Positions 38,361-51,225 of a stretch of DNA of 64,000 nucleotides are shown here, in pieces. The stretch is from positions 10,294,001 through 10,358,000 of the forward strand of contig NW_024704742.1 of the NCBI RefSeq assembly GCF_018977255.1, read 5' to 3'. The DNA comes from Callorhinchus milii (lineage: Eukaryota). The notes beneath the pieces are model-generated. The model was not told the DNA's origin. It saw only the letters and a list, made by a program, of their open reading frames with translations, and made no database searches. A program made the translations under genes and the position numbers. How positions within the stretch are numbered: position 1 is the first letter of the stretch; the number at the start of each line of letters is the position of its first letter.

Positions 38361-39809
38361 GGCAGATATGTTATCCTATGTGAAAGGTTCTATATCAATA
38401 CAAGTTGTTGTTGTTGCTCAACATCTACGCTGAGGTCCTCCTGCTTGACTCCTCTCACATCTTCTCACCTCAGGCTCTGATCATATCAACCTGTATAGGG
38501 ATACACATTCCTCCTCTGGAGCCGGTGTGAAATCTGTGTCCTGTTCAACCCTCAACCAACCATTCAAACCCTCTATGCAGTAACTAAGAGCAGCTCAGCA
38601 TTTTCAAGGTGGATTAAAAAATCAGTAATAATCCTTACATTTGGAAGATGTCTCTGAGCAATTTGCAGAAATTACAAAGATTTACAAAAAATGTACAGCA
38701 AGGAAATAGGACACTCAGCCCAACCAATCCATGCTGATGCTTATACTCCACCCAAGTCTCCATCCCATACCCTTCTATTCCCCTGTCAAAGTTCCAACAT
38801 GAGGACACTGTGTATAATAATATGGCTGGTGGATTACAGCAGGTGGAATTTACCAGGCACACTTAGAATCAAATAATCACAGAAGACTGCTATTATAATA
38901 ATCCTTGCATTTGATAAAGCGCCTTATTTACTTTGTCTCAAAGCGCTTCGCAGTATATACTGTAAAGTGAATTGACTGTATTTTGTGGGCAAAACATGGC
39001 AGCCAATTGCGCACAGCAGTGTCCCACAAACAGTCATGGATTGAAGTGACCTTTTTTTAAAGGAATTATTATCCCCAGAAAAGCAATCCACCAATCGACT
39101 ATAGACTTAGAATGACTTTTTTTAGTATTGCCTCTATCCATCTCTACCCTGGTTAAAAAAATTGAAGAAGCTTTTTCTTGTTTTATTTTGATAATGTCCC
39201 TCAATTGATTTCAAAGCACAAGACCCCTTTCTGTGATGAATGAAAGCTAAAATTGAATTTCAAAGTGTAGATTGCCTTGCAATGCTTCAAGGAAGGATTT
39301 GTTTTTTTAAGGTGGGGGTAAGTTAATGATAAAATTCAAACCCTTTTGTCCATGCATGTGTGTGACTGAGTTGATTAATGGTGTGATATTTTGCATGAGT
39401 TTGTTGTAAAGTTAACACCAGCAAATTGCTCATTGTGTAAAGACACCAGAGAAGAGACTAACAAGTCTATGGTATCTGTTGGAATATAAGGTTGTCTAGT
39501 GTATTTACCAGAAATATACAGTCAATTCACTTTACAGTAAATTCTATGAAGCGCTTTGAGACATTTAGAAGATGTGATGAGGTGCTATATCAAATGCAAT
39601 AATTATTATTGAAAAGCACATACCAAATTGATTACAGAAACAATTTTTATTTTTTTAAAAAATTTGATTCTCCTTCATCACTTGTTTTCCCATCACAGGA
39701 GCTGTAAGTGTACAATGAGGTCAAAAAAGAGCTTCTGGAGAAAACAAAAGCATGATGCTTTGCATTAGAGAAGCATCTTGGAATGAAAACTATACTGTCT
39801 CTGAGGCAC

Positions 39810-42800
39810 TTGCATTATTCCAGTGGATAGAGATTCAGCTGACAGCTCAAGGTTCAAATCCCGGTTCACAATGAGTTTGCTCCACACAGGGAGCGGCGGC
39901 AGGACAGCGCGGGGAGGAACCTGGGCCTAGCTACTCAAGTATTAAAGCTCGCGGTGGCAGGGAGTGCAATCAGGGTCTGAGAGGGGAAGGGGTGGGGGCG
40001 GAGCGGGGGAACCGCTGACATCATAGTTTAGTTTTCAGGGGTGTGCTTGCGCAACAAAAAAAAACCTCTGCGCCCCACCCCCCCCCAGGGCTCACATCAG
40101 AGCCCACCATGGTCCTGTTGGGTCGGCTGCCCCAGCCCATGGGCTAATGCCATCCACCTGACCGCTCGCTCCCGGTCCCCGCGTGCGCACTATGGGTGCC
40201 GCTTTGACCCGAGCCCCCTTAGCCCCTCCCTCCCTCCCTCCCCCCTCCTCTCTCCCCCCAAACCCTTCACCCTCTGCATCTCTCCCGCTCTGTCCTCCTC
40301 TCTCTCCGTCCCTCTCGCTTTCTATCCCCACTTGACCCTCCCACAACCTCCCTCTGTTCCACCCTGGGAATCCTCCGCCGGGCTCACTGTGGCACTCGGC
40401 GTTGGCTGTCCAGCTGCAGCCACACTGACTGCCCCATTCCCACCAGACTCGCCACCCACCCCGGACACAGACCCGGGGAGCCAACCTCTCCTCCCTCATC
40501 CCCATTCCCCCCACCCCTGCCTCACAACCTGGACCCCCTCCCTCCCCACACACCCTTCTGTCAACCGCTCCCTCCACATCGGACTACAAAACGTCCGCTC
40601 CCTCTGTAACAAGGCCCTGGGCATCAACGATCTCATCCTTAACGGAGACCTGGCTCACCCCAGGTGACACCTTCCCCCTCACGGAGGCCACACCACCCGG
40701 CTACACCTCCCATCACATCCCTCGCCCCAACTGCCGTGGCGGTGGTGTAGCCCTTATCTCAAGGACACCACTTGCCCTATCCCCCTACTCTTAAGGACAC
40801 CACTTGCCCTATCCCCCTACTCCTCTGGCTCTTCCCCTCTTTCGAGCACCTCACCCTCTCCCACCCCTCCTTCCTCTCACTCAAAATCCTCCTCCTCTAC
40901 CGGCCCCCTAAAACCTCTCCCACCTTCATCTCCGATATTTCGACACTTCTTACATCTCTCTGCCTCTGCTCTGATCGCCTCATCATCCTGGGCGACTTCA
41001 ACCTGCACTTCACCCCCTCCTGCTCCATCTCCTCAGACTTCTCTTCCCTGCTCTCCTCGCTCAACCTCTCCCTCCACTTCACCTCCCCCACTCACAGTCA
41101 CAGCCACCCACTCGACTTGGTGATCACCCGGGCCTCAGTGTCTCGGATGTCACCATCACCGACAAGGCCGTCTCTGATCACCACTTCATCTCCTTCACCA
41201 CTTCCACTCCCCTCCCCACCTCCACCAGACCCACCACCATCTTCTACCGCTCCTGGAAGAAGTTACCCCCACAATCCCTAACCGCTGCCTTGGAGTCCTC
41301 TGAACTCCTCTCCCTCTGGCCTTCAACCCTCACTGACCCCTCTTCTGCTCTCACCCTCCACAACACCCTCTCCTCCACACTCGACACACTTGCCCCCATC
41401 ACCTCCCGTACTGTCTCCTACTCTCGCTCCTCCCCCTGGTTCACCACCCACCTCCGCTCACTGAAGAGCCAAGTGCGGGCCGCTGAACGCACCTGTGTCA
41501 AATCTGGCCTAACGGTCCACCGACAAATCTGGCTGGACCTCCTCAAAATCTACCGCTCCACTCTAGCCTCGGCCAAGTCGTCCTTCTACTCCAGGATAAT
41601 CCTGGAGGCGAAGAACAACCCCAGGCTTCTGTTTTCTACCACCTCCCGACTCCTCCGTCCCCCCGCCACCCGCGCAGGTCATCTCCTCCAACCTTCACTG
41701 CGAGGAGATGCTGGATTTCCTTGAATCCAAAATCAAGGGAATCCGCTCCGCGGTCACTTCCCCTCCAACCTCCACCCACCCCCACCCCTCCCTCCCACAC
41801 TCCGACTCCTACCCATCCTCCCCTACACACTTTCGTACCCGTTTCCCCACCCTCTGTCACCAAACTCATCCTATCCCTGAAACCCACCACCTGCTCCCTT
41901 GACCCCATCCCCACCTCACTCCTTATCTCCCAGCTCCACCTCCTTGCCCCACATATCACAGACATCGTCAACCTCCCTCTCCTTTCGGTCTGTTCCCATT
42001 CCCTTAAAAACTGCCACCATCACTCCCACCTTGAAAAAATCCTCCTTTGATGCGTCGCAGCTTATCAAGTTACCGGCCATCTCCAACCTCCCCTTCCTGT
42101 CCAAGGTCCTTGAAAGAGTTGTCGCCTCCCAGCTGCGCTCTTTCCTCTAACATTATTCGAACCCCTTCAGTCAGGTTTCCGTGCTGCCCATAGCACAGAA
42201 ACTGCCCTGGTCAAGGTCACCAATGACATCCTGACCATCTGCGACCAGGGCTCCCTCTGCCTCCTCGTCCTCCTCGACCTATCGGCAGCATTCGATACGG
42301 TCGACCACGCTGTCCTCCCACCTCAACCTTCAAGGCCCTGTCTTTGAGTGGTTTAGGTCGTACCTCTCCCACCGTCTTCATTTTGTTTCCACAAACGGCT
42401 TTTCCTCCAGCCCCCGCACTGTCTCGTGCGGTGTCCCTCAGGGCTCTGTCCTCGGTCCCCTCCTCTTCACCCTCTATATGCTCCCCCTTGGTGACATCAT
42501 CCGCAGACATGGGGTTAACTTCCACATGTATGCGGATGACACCCAACTCTACCTTTCCTCCTCTACCCTCAACTCCACGACCACCGATGTCCTGACAGCT
42601 GCCTGTCCGACATCGAGTCCTGGACGAGAGACAACTTTCTTCAGCTCAATGTGCGTAAAACTGAGGCCCTCCTGATTGGCTCACGTCAGCGCCTCCATAC
42701 CTCTGGCGCTGACAGCATCAGCATCCAAGGCTGCACTCTCCACCTCTCAAAGCAGTCAGGAACCTCGGTGTTCTGTTCGACCCTGAGCTGTCCTTTCTCC

Positions 42801-43790
42801 CTCATATCTGCGCCACAACTGGCACCGCCTTCCATCACCTCCGGAACATCGACAGACTACGGCGCTACCTCACCCCTCACGCTGCTGAAACCCTGGTCCA
42901 CGCCTTTATCACCTCAAGGCTGGAATACAGGAACTCTCTCCTCGTCGGCCTTCCCGGCGCCTCCCTCCACAACCTGCAGGTCATTCAGAACTCTGCAGCT
43001 CGTGTACTGTCCCGCACCAGGCTTCGGGACCACATCACTCCCACCCTCGCTCGCCTCCACTGGCTCCCCATCCCCCAGAGGATCGAATTCAAGATCCTCA
43101 TCCTCACCTACAAGGCCATTCACGGCCTTGCTCCCTCCTACCTTTCCGACCTACTATCCCCCTACCTACCTGCCCGTACCCTCCGTTCCTCTGGCTCCGG
43201 TCTGCTCCACATCCCCCGCCCCAACCGCCCTACCATCGGTGGCCGGGCCTTCAGCCTCTCAGCCCCGAGGCTCTGGAACTCTATCCCCCAGTGCCTTCGC
43301 CGCCTCCTCTCTTTCCTCCTTCAAGGCCGGTCTCAAGACCTTTCTCTTTGACCGTGCCTTCAGCTCCCCTCTCGACTCTCTACCCCCTCCTCGCTCCCTC
43401 CCTTCCCTCCCCTCACCCTGACCATTTCCTCCCTGCTCGGGTCCTGACTCAACTGTACTGTGCCTTGGGACATCCTCCCGACGTGAAAAGCGTTCTATAA
43501 ATGGAATCCTGTTGTTGTTGCTCCCATTTCAGGTGGGATGGCATGGGGAGACAAATTTGGCCCGGGTCTTCCTGGAGTTAAACAAAGAAGGCTAAAAAGC
43601 AACCATGGTTCCTGCTCCTGGTCCCTCTACAGCACCCGCTGATGGTTGTGTATGTACATGGCAGCAAGCTGGGGTGGGGCAGGTCGTGCTCAACTGTGAC
43701 AGCCTTGAAAGCCAAGTCCCACACAGGAACAATGGGGTGGAGTACTGGAGGACAACCAGGGCCTGTGGAAAACCTCAGGAAGAGGAGACC
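39810..43790 (+). mobile_element. Old tRNA-SINE family C, split by the full-length L2 (pieces about 39810-39883 and 43525-43790)
   Basis: B box ggttcaaatcc at 39851. The downstream half (ggttcctgctcctg...ggggcaggtcgtgctcaactgtga...cacacaggaacaatgg) resembles diverged copies at about 45830-45968 + 46440-46680, 48150-48440 and 60135-60470. Confidence 0.6.
39884..43517 (+). mobile_element. Apparently full-length single-ORF L2 LINE (APE + RT), frameshifted, with 7-bp TSD
   Basis: TTGCTCC at 39877-39883 and 43518-43524. APE motifs (LQNVRSL, ETW, RGGGVALI, LYRPP, ILGDFNLH, LDLV, SDHH) and RT motifs ([35 protein letters not shown]). 3' stem-loop and (TTG)n tail. Confidence 0.92.
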
Positions 43791-45061
43791 AGAATAACAA
43801 CAACAAATTACATTTGTATAGCACCTTTCACATCAGAAGGTATTCCCAAGGAGCTGGACGGTCAGGGATCTACAACCGAGTGGTTGTTGGAATCAGGAAG
43901 GGTAGAGGACGGGGAGGGTAGGGGGTGACCAAAAGCAGGGCCTGAGAGGCATTTGCTAGGGAGGAGAAAATTGGAAACAACAATTGGACACATTATTTTT
44001 AATTTATTAAAATAAATTCTCTCCTACAGGGACTCAAAGTATCTTTCGACAACCCCAAATTTCTGGAGAGACCATCGATGCAATTCATATGCACAGGTAA
44101 ACACAGATACACACGGATGAAGATATGTGTACCGCTGTGTGCATACAGGCACACACACACAGGTTATTAAGGAGGGATTTTCTATCTCAGGATAATAACT
44201 GATCTCTTACCATAATGCAGCCTTACTAGCTGGAGAATGCCTATTACCAGATCCACATATCCTTATTGAAAAGCCCTTCTGCCCGAACCCACCACAGCAT
44301 CCAGTTTTTTCATTAATTCAGACCTCATTTTCAGGTCTGCCCTCAAACACAGTGGAAAATCAGAGGGCCAGCCAGCCAAACTGCAGCACTGTGCTGGTGC
44401 TTGTTCAGGCTGAGCTCATAAACAGCCTGTGCCAAGGTTGTTGAATGCAAACACTAATATAATGTGCTTGTCAACGAAATGTTGGAAATGAGTCAACAGT
44501 CAGTGGCAGTCTTGGTCGGCCAGTTCCTTAGCCAAACGAGTCTGATGTCCTTTCGATCACTGTTGCTGACAGCTCAGCCAGATTGGCTCATCAGCAGGAT
44601 TTGAAGGGATGGAGGAGGAGGCCAAGGATCCTTCCCACTCGGTTCCGATTAACCCTTGCAAGCCAGAGCCCCAATGGGTAGGATGGTCCTAGCTGGACAA
44701 GCAGTGGGAAGACAGTGCTCTCAATGTTGAGTTATGCGGTTTTAGGCAGTTAGACTCCACCAGTACCCTAACACACAATCTGTGGTCCTCAAGAATTGGC
44801 TTTGGTTTGGGTACCCTTATGCTTGGTAAATAGCATGTGTGTGACCAACAGCTAACGAAAAAAAATTCCAGTTTTGTAAAGTGCTTCAAGACTTGCATCC
44901 AATGTGAAAGGCACTATGCCACACAAGTATAAATTTCCTGTGGTTGTGAATTCTTTTTATGAAAATCATTTGATTCACTCTTATAAAACCCGAAGAGAGA
45001 AAGTTAATCTTCATTTATATTCCGCACCCCCTCCAATCTATGACGGACATATCTTTCCTGA

Positions 45062-45425
45062 GGAGTCCTGTAGCTCAGTGGTTAGAGCACTCGTCTCGCA
45101 AGTGATAGGACCTGGGTTCGATTCCCATCAGGGTGAAACATTGGGCAAGTTTCCTTACTCCACACGCCTCTACTTAACTAACAGTAAGTAGGAACCCGGT
45201 TGTTAGTCGATTGGTGGATCGCTTTTGCAGGGGTACTAATTCCTTAAATAAATTGGTACTCAATCCACGACTGTTTGTGGGAAACTGTTATGTGCAATTG
45301 GCTGGTGTGTTTCAACCACAAAATATACAATCAATTCACTTTAACTTATATTCTGTGAATCGCTTTGAGACATCTCAAAGATGTGATAAATCGCTATATC
45401 AAATGCAAGGATTATTATTATTTAT
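45062..45425 (+). mobile_element. SINE family A, full length
   Basis: Complete head, central block and tail. Confidence 0.9.
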
Positions 45426-47060
45426 TAATCATAAATAATTTAGCAGGAGGCCACTCAATGACACGTGTTCCATAGCAACTGTCGCTTGGTTTTACAAATT
45501 CAATTGTAACTTTTTTAAAAAAAAAGTAATTAATATAGAAAGAACACACATCTGGAGCAACTAGTTTAGCCAACAATGAACAACTCCTGGTCATAAGGCT
45601 CGGGGTGGGGGTGGGGAAAAGAACAATATTCTGGCAGTAGGTTTCCACCAAGCATCCACCCTGGCCTACACTAAACATGTGTTGTATATAAACCAATATA
45701 CAGCAATGCACCCGAGGGTAGATTTTCTTTGTGGCCATAATTCTTTCTTCCCTGTAGCCTCTGATAATAGTCTGACTTTCACTCCCATTCAGCAGCTCAA
45801 CACCTCTCCAGTTAAAGGGGAACACAACCAGCAAAGTCGGAGGTCAAGAGTCACAGTCAGCTCCTCATAACCAGCACAGCAATTAGGGCTCTGCAATTAA
45901 CCTCAATGCCCCTCGGTTTGGGGGAGAAGAAGTCCTTCGGGGCGAGAGGAGTAAAAAATCAATCAGGGATGGGTACGAAATTTATCAGAGGGAAAGGAGG
46001 AGAGTATGACATCCATTAGAAATATGTATAAGATACGTCAGAGGGTTTGGAACCCATCAGAGGGGAAGGGTGTATGAAATCCCCTTTGCTATTAGGTGTG
46101 TATCACTTTTCTCACCTCACTGGCCAAATTCAAGCATATCCCCTCTTTTCACTTCAATTTATTTGAACGGTTCAGAAATAATCATTGGTGGGCCACACTC
46201 ATAATAATATTTGATACAGCACCCTATCACATCATTGAGATGTCTCAATGTGCTTAACATATATATTGTGATGTGGCGTGAATATGTATTTTCCAGCCGA
46301 AGTATCTATAAAATAAATTTAATTTCATTAATCGCTGGTTAAAAAACAATTCATGCTTGTGATTAGAGGGGGATCGACATCCATCAGAAAGGGGTACAAA
46401 ATCTAACAGGGAGCAAATCTAACAGAGGGGGAGTCGATCAGTTTCCTGTTAATCATCACTGTCCTGGGACTCATGCTGGAAGGTGGCCATATATTGGGTG
46501 AAGACAAGACTGAATCCAGCTACGATGCCCCCTCCTCCAATTATAGCAAATAAAGTTCAACCAGCCTGCAGACACTTGCCGTCTAGGCTGACACGTGAAT
46601 AACAGTTACATGGGCAGGTGTGCCTGTGGAATAGGAACCTAATAGAAAGAGTTGACTGTTTTCAGTAGAGGAGGATGAGGTGGTTGACAAATATTAAAGG
46701 AGAAAAAGTCTAAATCTACCATCTACCAACTCAATGGACATCATTTTTATAATGTGTGGCAGCCTGGCTCAGTTGGTGGGGCTCTCGCCTCTGGGCGAGA
46801 TATAAAACCAAATCTGCCTGTTCAGGTGGGCGCTAAAGTTCCCAGGGCACTATTCTCCAGATGTCCTAGCCAACAATTCCCTAAATAAAAATTGGATCTT
46901 TCATTTCATGGTTGTTTGTAGGACATTGCTGTGTGTCAAATTGATTGCCATGCTCATCCGCAAAACACACCCCTTTACAGTATGTCCCATGGAATGTCCT
47001 CCTAAACTGAAAGGAGCTATATAATAATAATAATCCTTGTATTTGATATAGCGCCTTGTC

Positions 47061-47493
47061 ACAACAACAACAACAACAAGATTCAATTTATTGAGCGCCT
47101 TTCACGTCGGGAGGATGTCCCAAGGCGCTGTACAGTTGGGTCAGGACCCGAGCAGGGGGGAAATGGTCAGGGTGAGGGGAGGGAAGGGAGGGAGCGAGGA
47201 GGGGGTAGAGAGTCGAGAGGGGAGCTGAAGGCACGGTCAAAGAGAAAGGTCTTGAGACCGGCCTTGAAGGAGGAAAGGGAGGAGGCGGCAAAGGCACTGG
47301 GGGATAGAGTTCCAGAGCCTAGGGACTGAGAGGCTGAAGGCCCGGCCACCGATGGTAGGGGGGATGTGGAGCAGACTGGAGCCAGAGGAACGGAGGGTAC
47401 GGGCAGGTAGGTAGGGGGATAGTAGGTCGGAGAGGTAGGAGGGAGCAAGGCCGTGAATGGCCTTGTAGGTGAGGATGAGGATCTTGAATTCGA
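47061..47493 (-). mobile_element. Young L2 3' fragment nested in a minus-strand SINE tail
   Basis: Nearly identical to 43083-43517 apart from a short deletion; gtcac repeated at both junctions (47056-47060 and 47510-47514). Confidence 0.92.
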
Positions 47494-48710
47494 ATAATCC
47501 TTATTCGAAGTCACGTCTTCAAGATGTCTCAAGGAGCTTCACAGAATATACTGTAAAGTGAATTGACTACATATTTTGTGGGCGAACATATATACTTCAT
47601 ATATATTATAAGGATATAAGGATCATTATTATCATAAAGTTCACAAACACATAGTGAAACTACAATTGCAATAATTAAGCTTCTTTACGGTGTTCGAATT
47701 CCCCTGTGTGCTTGTGGCTATTTTGGGTAGATCTCACTTATAGGCTGGTTTATTGCTTGAAGTGAAGCATTTCTTCTGGACTCTTGTACTTATTTACCAA
47801 CAAACACATTCCCCAAGAGAGAGAAGCTGTAAAGTACGTCACATCTTATAAAATAATGCGATAGGCCTGCATTACTAAACAGGCTATTTAGTCGATTTCT
47901 CGCCTGGAACAATTCATGAGGAAAAAGATTCCCCAGAAACAGACTGATACAGCGGACAAGTAAGCAAAGGTGGCCGCATAACGTACAAGTCAGAATCTTT
48001 AAATCACAGCAAGTTATTTTTATTTCCCGCTCCCTGACCCTGAGCACTGAGGCCATTTGTAGCACCCTAACTGCTGTCCTGTCTAAGGTCAGCCAGTCTT
48101 CACAAAATAGTGTTTTCTGGAAAATAGAAAATGGCATTATCTGCACAGTTGCTAAGCCAATCAGACCAAGGTTGTCCCAACTTTGATTCTTTGCACGTTC
48201 TGGTTAATTGTTCTCTACCATGGGGGTGGGCAGAGAGATGAAGAGTGGTTAAGACACTGAAGTGCTCATCACCTCTAGGATAAGCACGGAAAAAAGTCAG
48301 CCAGAGTTCTCACATATGGTTACCATCCAGTGACCTCCTGCTGGAAGTGTACTCATGTGCACATCAGGTAAGAACAGGATTAGGCTCAGTTGTGTCCCTC
48401 GCTGGCAAATAGCAAAACCAACTGCCTAGATTTATGAATAAAGCATGGGTCTTCTGAGTGTCATTCTTTTTCCTTCAATATTCTCCACCAAGCCTCTTCT
48501 CTACAGTTCTCCCCCCCCCAGAATATGGCTCCTTAATAATAATAATCATTTAATATAGCGCTTCATCACGTCTTTGAGACATCTCAAAGCGCTTCACAGA
48601 TTATACTGTAAAATGAATTGACTGTACAGTTTGTGGGCAAACGCAGCAGCTTTAAGTGACCAATTTATTACTCCACAAACACCTTCTCCTCTAGCCTCTG
48701 CATCGTCTCG

Positions 48711-49590
48711 TACCCAACTGTACCTCTCTGCCTCCACCCTTGACTCCAGGACAACTACTGTCCTGACAGAATGTCTGTCGGACATCAGGTCCTGAACGAG
48801 AGCTAACTTTCTACGTTGAATGTCAACAAGACTGAGGCCCTTCTGATTGGCTCCCATCAGCACCTCCACACCTCAGGCGCTGACAGCATCACCATCCATG
48901 GTTGCACACTCCACCTTGCTAAGACAGTCTGGAATCTTGGCGTCTTGGTTGACCCTCAACTATCCTTTCTGCCCACATCTGCACCATGACCCGCTCTGCC
49001 TTCCCCCACCTCCGCAATGTCACCCGACTCCGCAACTGTCTCATACCGCAGGCCCCCGAAACCCTCATACATGCTTTCATTACATCAAGGCTCAATTACA
49101 CAAACTCACTGCTTGTCTGCCTCCCCAACTCCTCCCTCTATAGGCTACAGATCATCCAGAACTCTGCAGCCGGTGTTCTCTCCGGCACCAGGCTCCATGA
49201 CCCTATCACCCCCATCCTCGCCCAACTCCACTGGCTTTCCATCACACAGAGGATACAGTTCAAGATCCTGGTCCTCACCTTCAAAGCCCTCCATGGTCTT
49301 GCTCCCCCCTACCTCTGCGAACTCCTAGCCCCCTACCATCCTGCTCGCTCCCTGTTTCACGTCCTTCTGCCACTCTGCCCCCACCCTCTGCAACTCCATC
49401 CCACAAACCCTCCGCCTTACCCCTTCAAGACCCATCTCAAGTTCCTCCTCTTCAAATATGCTTTCGATTCCCCTGCTTCTCCCACTGCCCCCCACCCTTT
49501 CCAACCCTGATTCCCAGCTCGTGTCCGAAACTCTGTCTCTTCAGTGCCTCCCGACGTGAAAGGCGCTATACAAATGTAATTTTGTTGTTT
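48711..49590 (+). mobile_element. L2 3' fragment nested in a minus-strand SINE (48535-48670 and 49585-49780)
   Basis: ORF 48986-49510 (SRLNYTNSLL..LHWL..RIQFKILVLTFKALHGLAPPYL); the SINE halves on either side are colinear. Confidence 0.88.
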
Positions 49591-50235
49591 TTTTAAAGGA
49601 ATTATTACCCCTGGAAAAGCGATCCGCCAATCGACTAACATCTGGCTTCCTACTTATTGCTAGGTAAACAGAGGCGTGTGGTGTAGGGAAACTTGCCCAA
49701 CATTTCGCCCTGCTGGGAATCAAACCCAGATCTCTCACTTGTGAAGCGAGTGCTCTAACCATTGAGCTACAAGACTCCACATTAGACTTCCCAGTAATGC
49801 ACACAAATGTCCATTGTTCACTTGTGACTCTTATGAGTGGAAGGAACTAGGTAAACCATACCAGATAATCCCCCAGCCATGATATCTGAAGAAGAAAAAG
49901 GAGCTGAATGTATTGCAGTTCCTCTCTGTAAGTCAGGACACTGAAACTCCAATGGTTTCCATTATAATGTGGTATTCAGATCCATAAAATTCCAACCCAT
50001 GTTATAACAAGGCACAAGAGAAGATTACTTGTGTATGGATGGCTGGCTCACTTCCTGCTGACCGATTGGCTGGTTCCTGCACAAAAAGATTCTCAGGTCA
50101 TCACCAATGTCACTTCCTGTGTTACTTGGGAGGGCACAAAGTACAAAGGGATGTGGGCGACAACTAGATGATACGTGGGAAGCGAGTGGGTCAGGTGTGA
50201 GTATGCGTAGTTAAGCAAATATATTGCTTTATGAA

Positions 50236-50465
50236 ATAATAATCCTTGCATTTGATATAAGAACATAAGAAATGCTAGACGAAAAAAGACCAAGGTCCAC
50301 CTAGTTCACCTTCCACCTTCCTGGTGGTCACATACAGCGCCTTATCACGTCTTTGATACGTCTCAAATCGTTTCATAGAATACACTGTAAAGTGAATTGA
50401 CTGTATATTTTGGGAGTGAAACGCAGCAGCCAATTGCACACAGCAGTGTCCCACAAACAATTGTG
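50236..50465 (-). mobile_element. SINE 3' half with a ~75-bp CR1-type tail inserted (about 50259-50331)
   Basis: catttgatat|aagaacataagaaatgctagacg...ggtcac|atacagcgccttatcacg. Confidence 0.8.
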
Positions 50466-50869
50466 GCAAACAATTTGTACCACAGTGAAGCCTGTTATAT
50501 GGAACTGCACTATGACTGCTATCTTAAAAGATCAGGTTCCTGGTTAAGGTTAAGGTTATGTGGACTTTAAAACCTCTACCTGATAAATCACATCTGGAAA
50601 CCTGTGGTTGCAACTTTTACACTAGATTTGTGATCTAAAATGCTAATGGGAAAGTGTAAAATTGGCATATGCAACTTTCACATTTCACGCCTGTTAATCA
50701 TAACGGTAGCACGATCACATTGCCTGGAGGCACACGTGGGTTTATATCAGTGGCCAACACCAATATCAGATTGGGCATTTCCTTCCGTTACACTTGACTC
50801 CAAAGCAACTCTTTGAAATTCACAGCAAATGGGATGAGTCACACCCTTCTCAGTAAACAATCCCGACAA

Positions 50870-51225
50870 TATAATAATAATACTTGCATTTGATATAGTG
50901 CCTTGCCACGTCTTCGCGACGTCTCAAAAAGCTTCATTGAATATACTGTAAATTGAATTGACTGTATATTTTGTGGGTGAAACTCGGCAGCCAATTGTGC
51001 ACAGCAGTGTCCCATAAACAGTCATGGATTGAGTGACCAAATTATTATTATTTTTTGAAGGGACTATTAACTCTGGAAAAGCAATCCGCCAATTCCTACT
51101 TAGCACTAGGTAAACAGGGGCGTGTGGAGTAAGGAAACTTGCCCAAGGTTTCGCCCTGCCGGGAATCGAATCCAGGTCTCTTGCTTGCGAAGCGAGTGCT
51201 CTAACCACTGAGCTACAGGACTCCA
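50870..51225 (-). mobile_element. SINE family A, full length
   Basis: Complete, with intact B box (gattcgattcc on the minus strand). Confidence 0.9.

Noticed and set aside
44500..44830. Possible LF-SINE-like ancient repeat (gaggccaaggat motif)
   Set aside because: Similarity is too short to call by eye; needs a Dfam HMM search.
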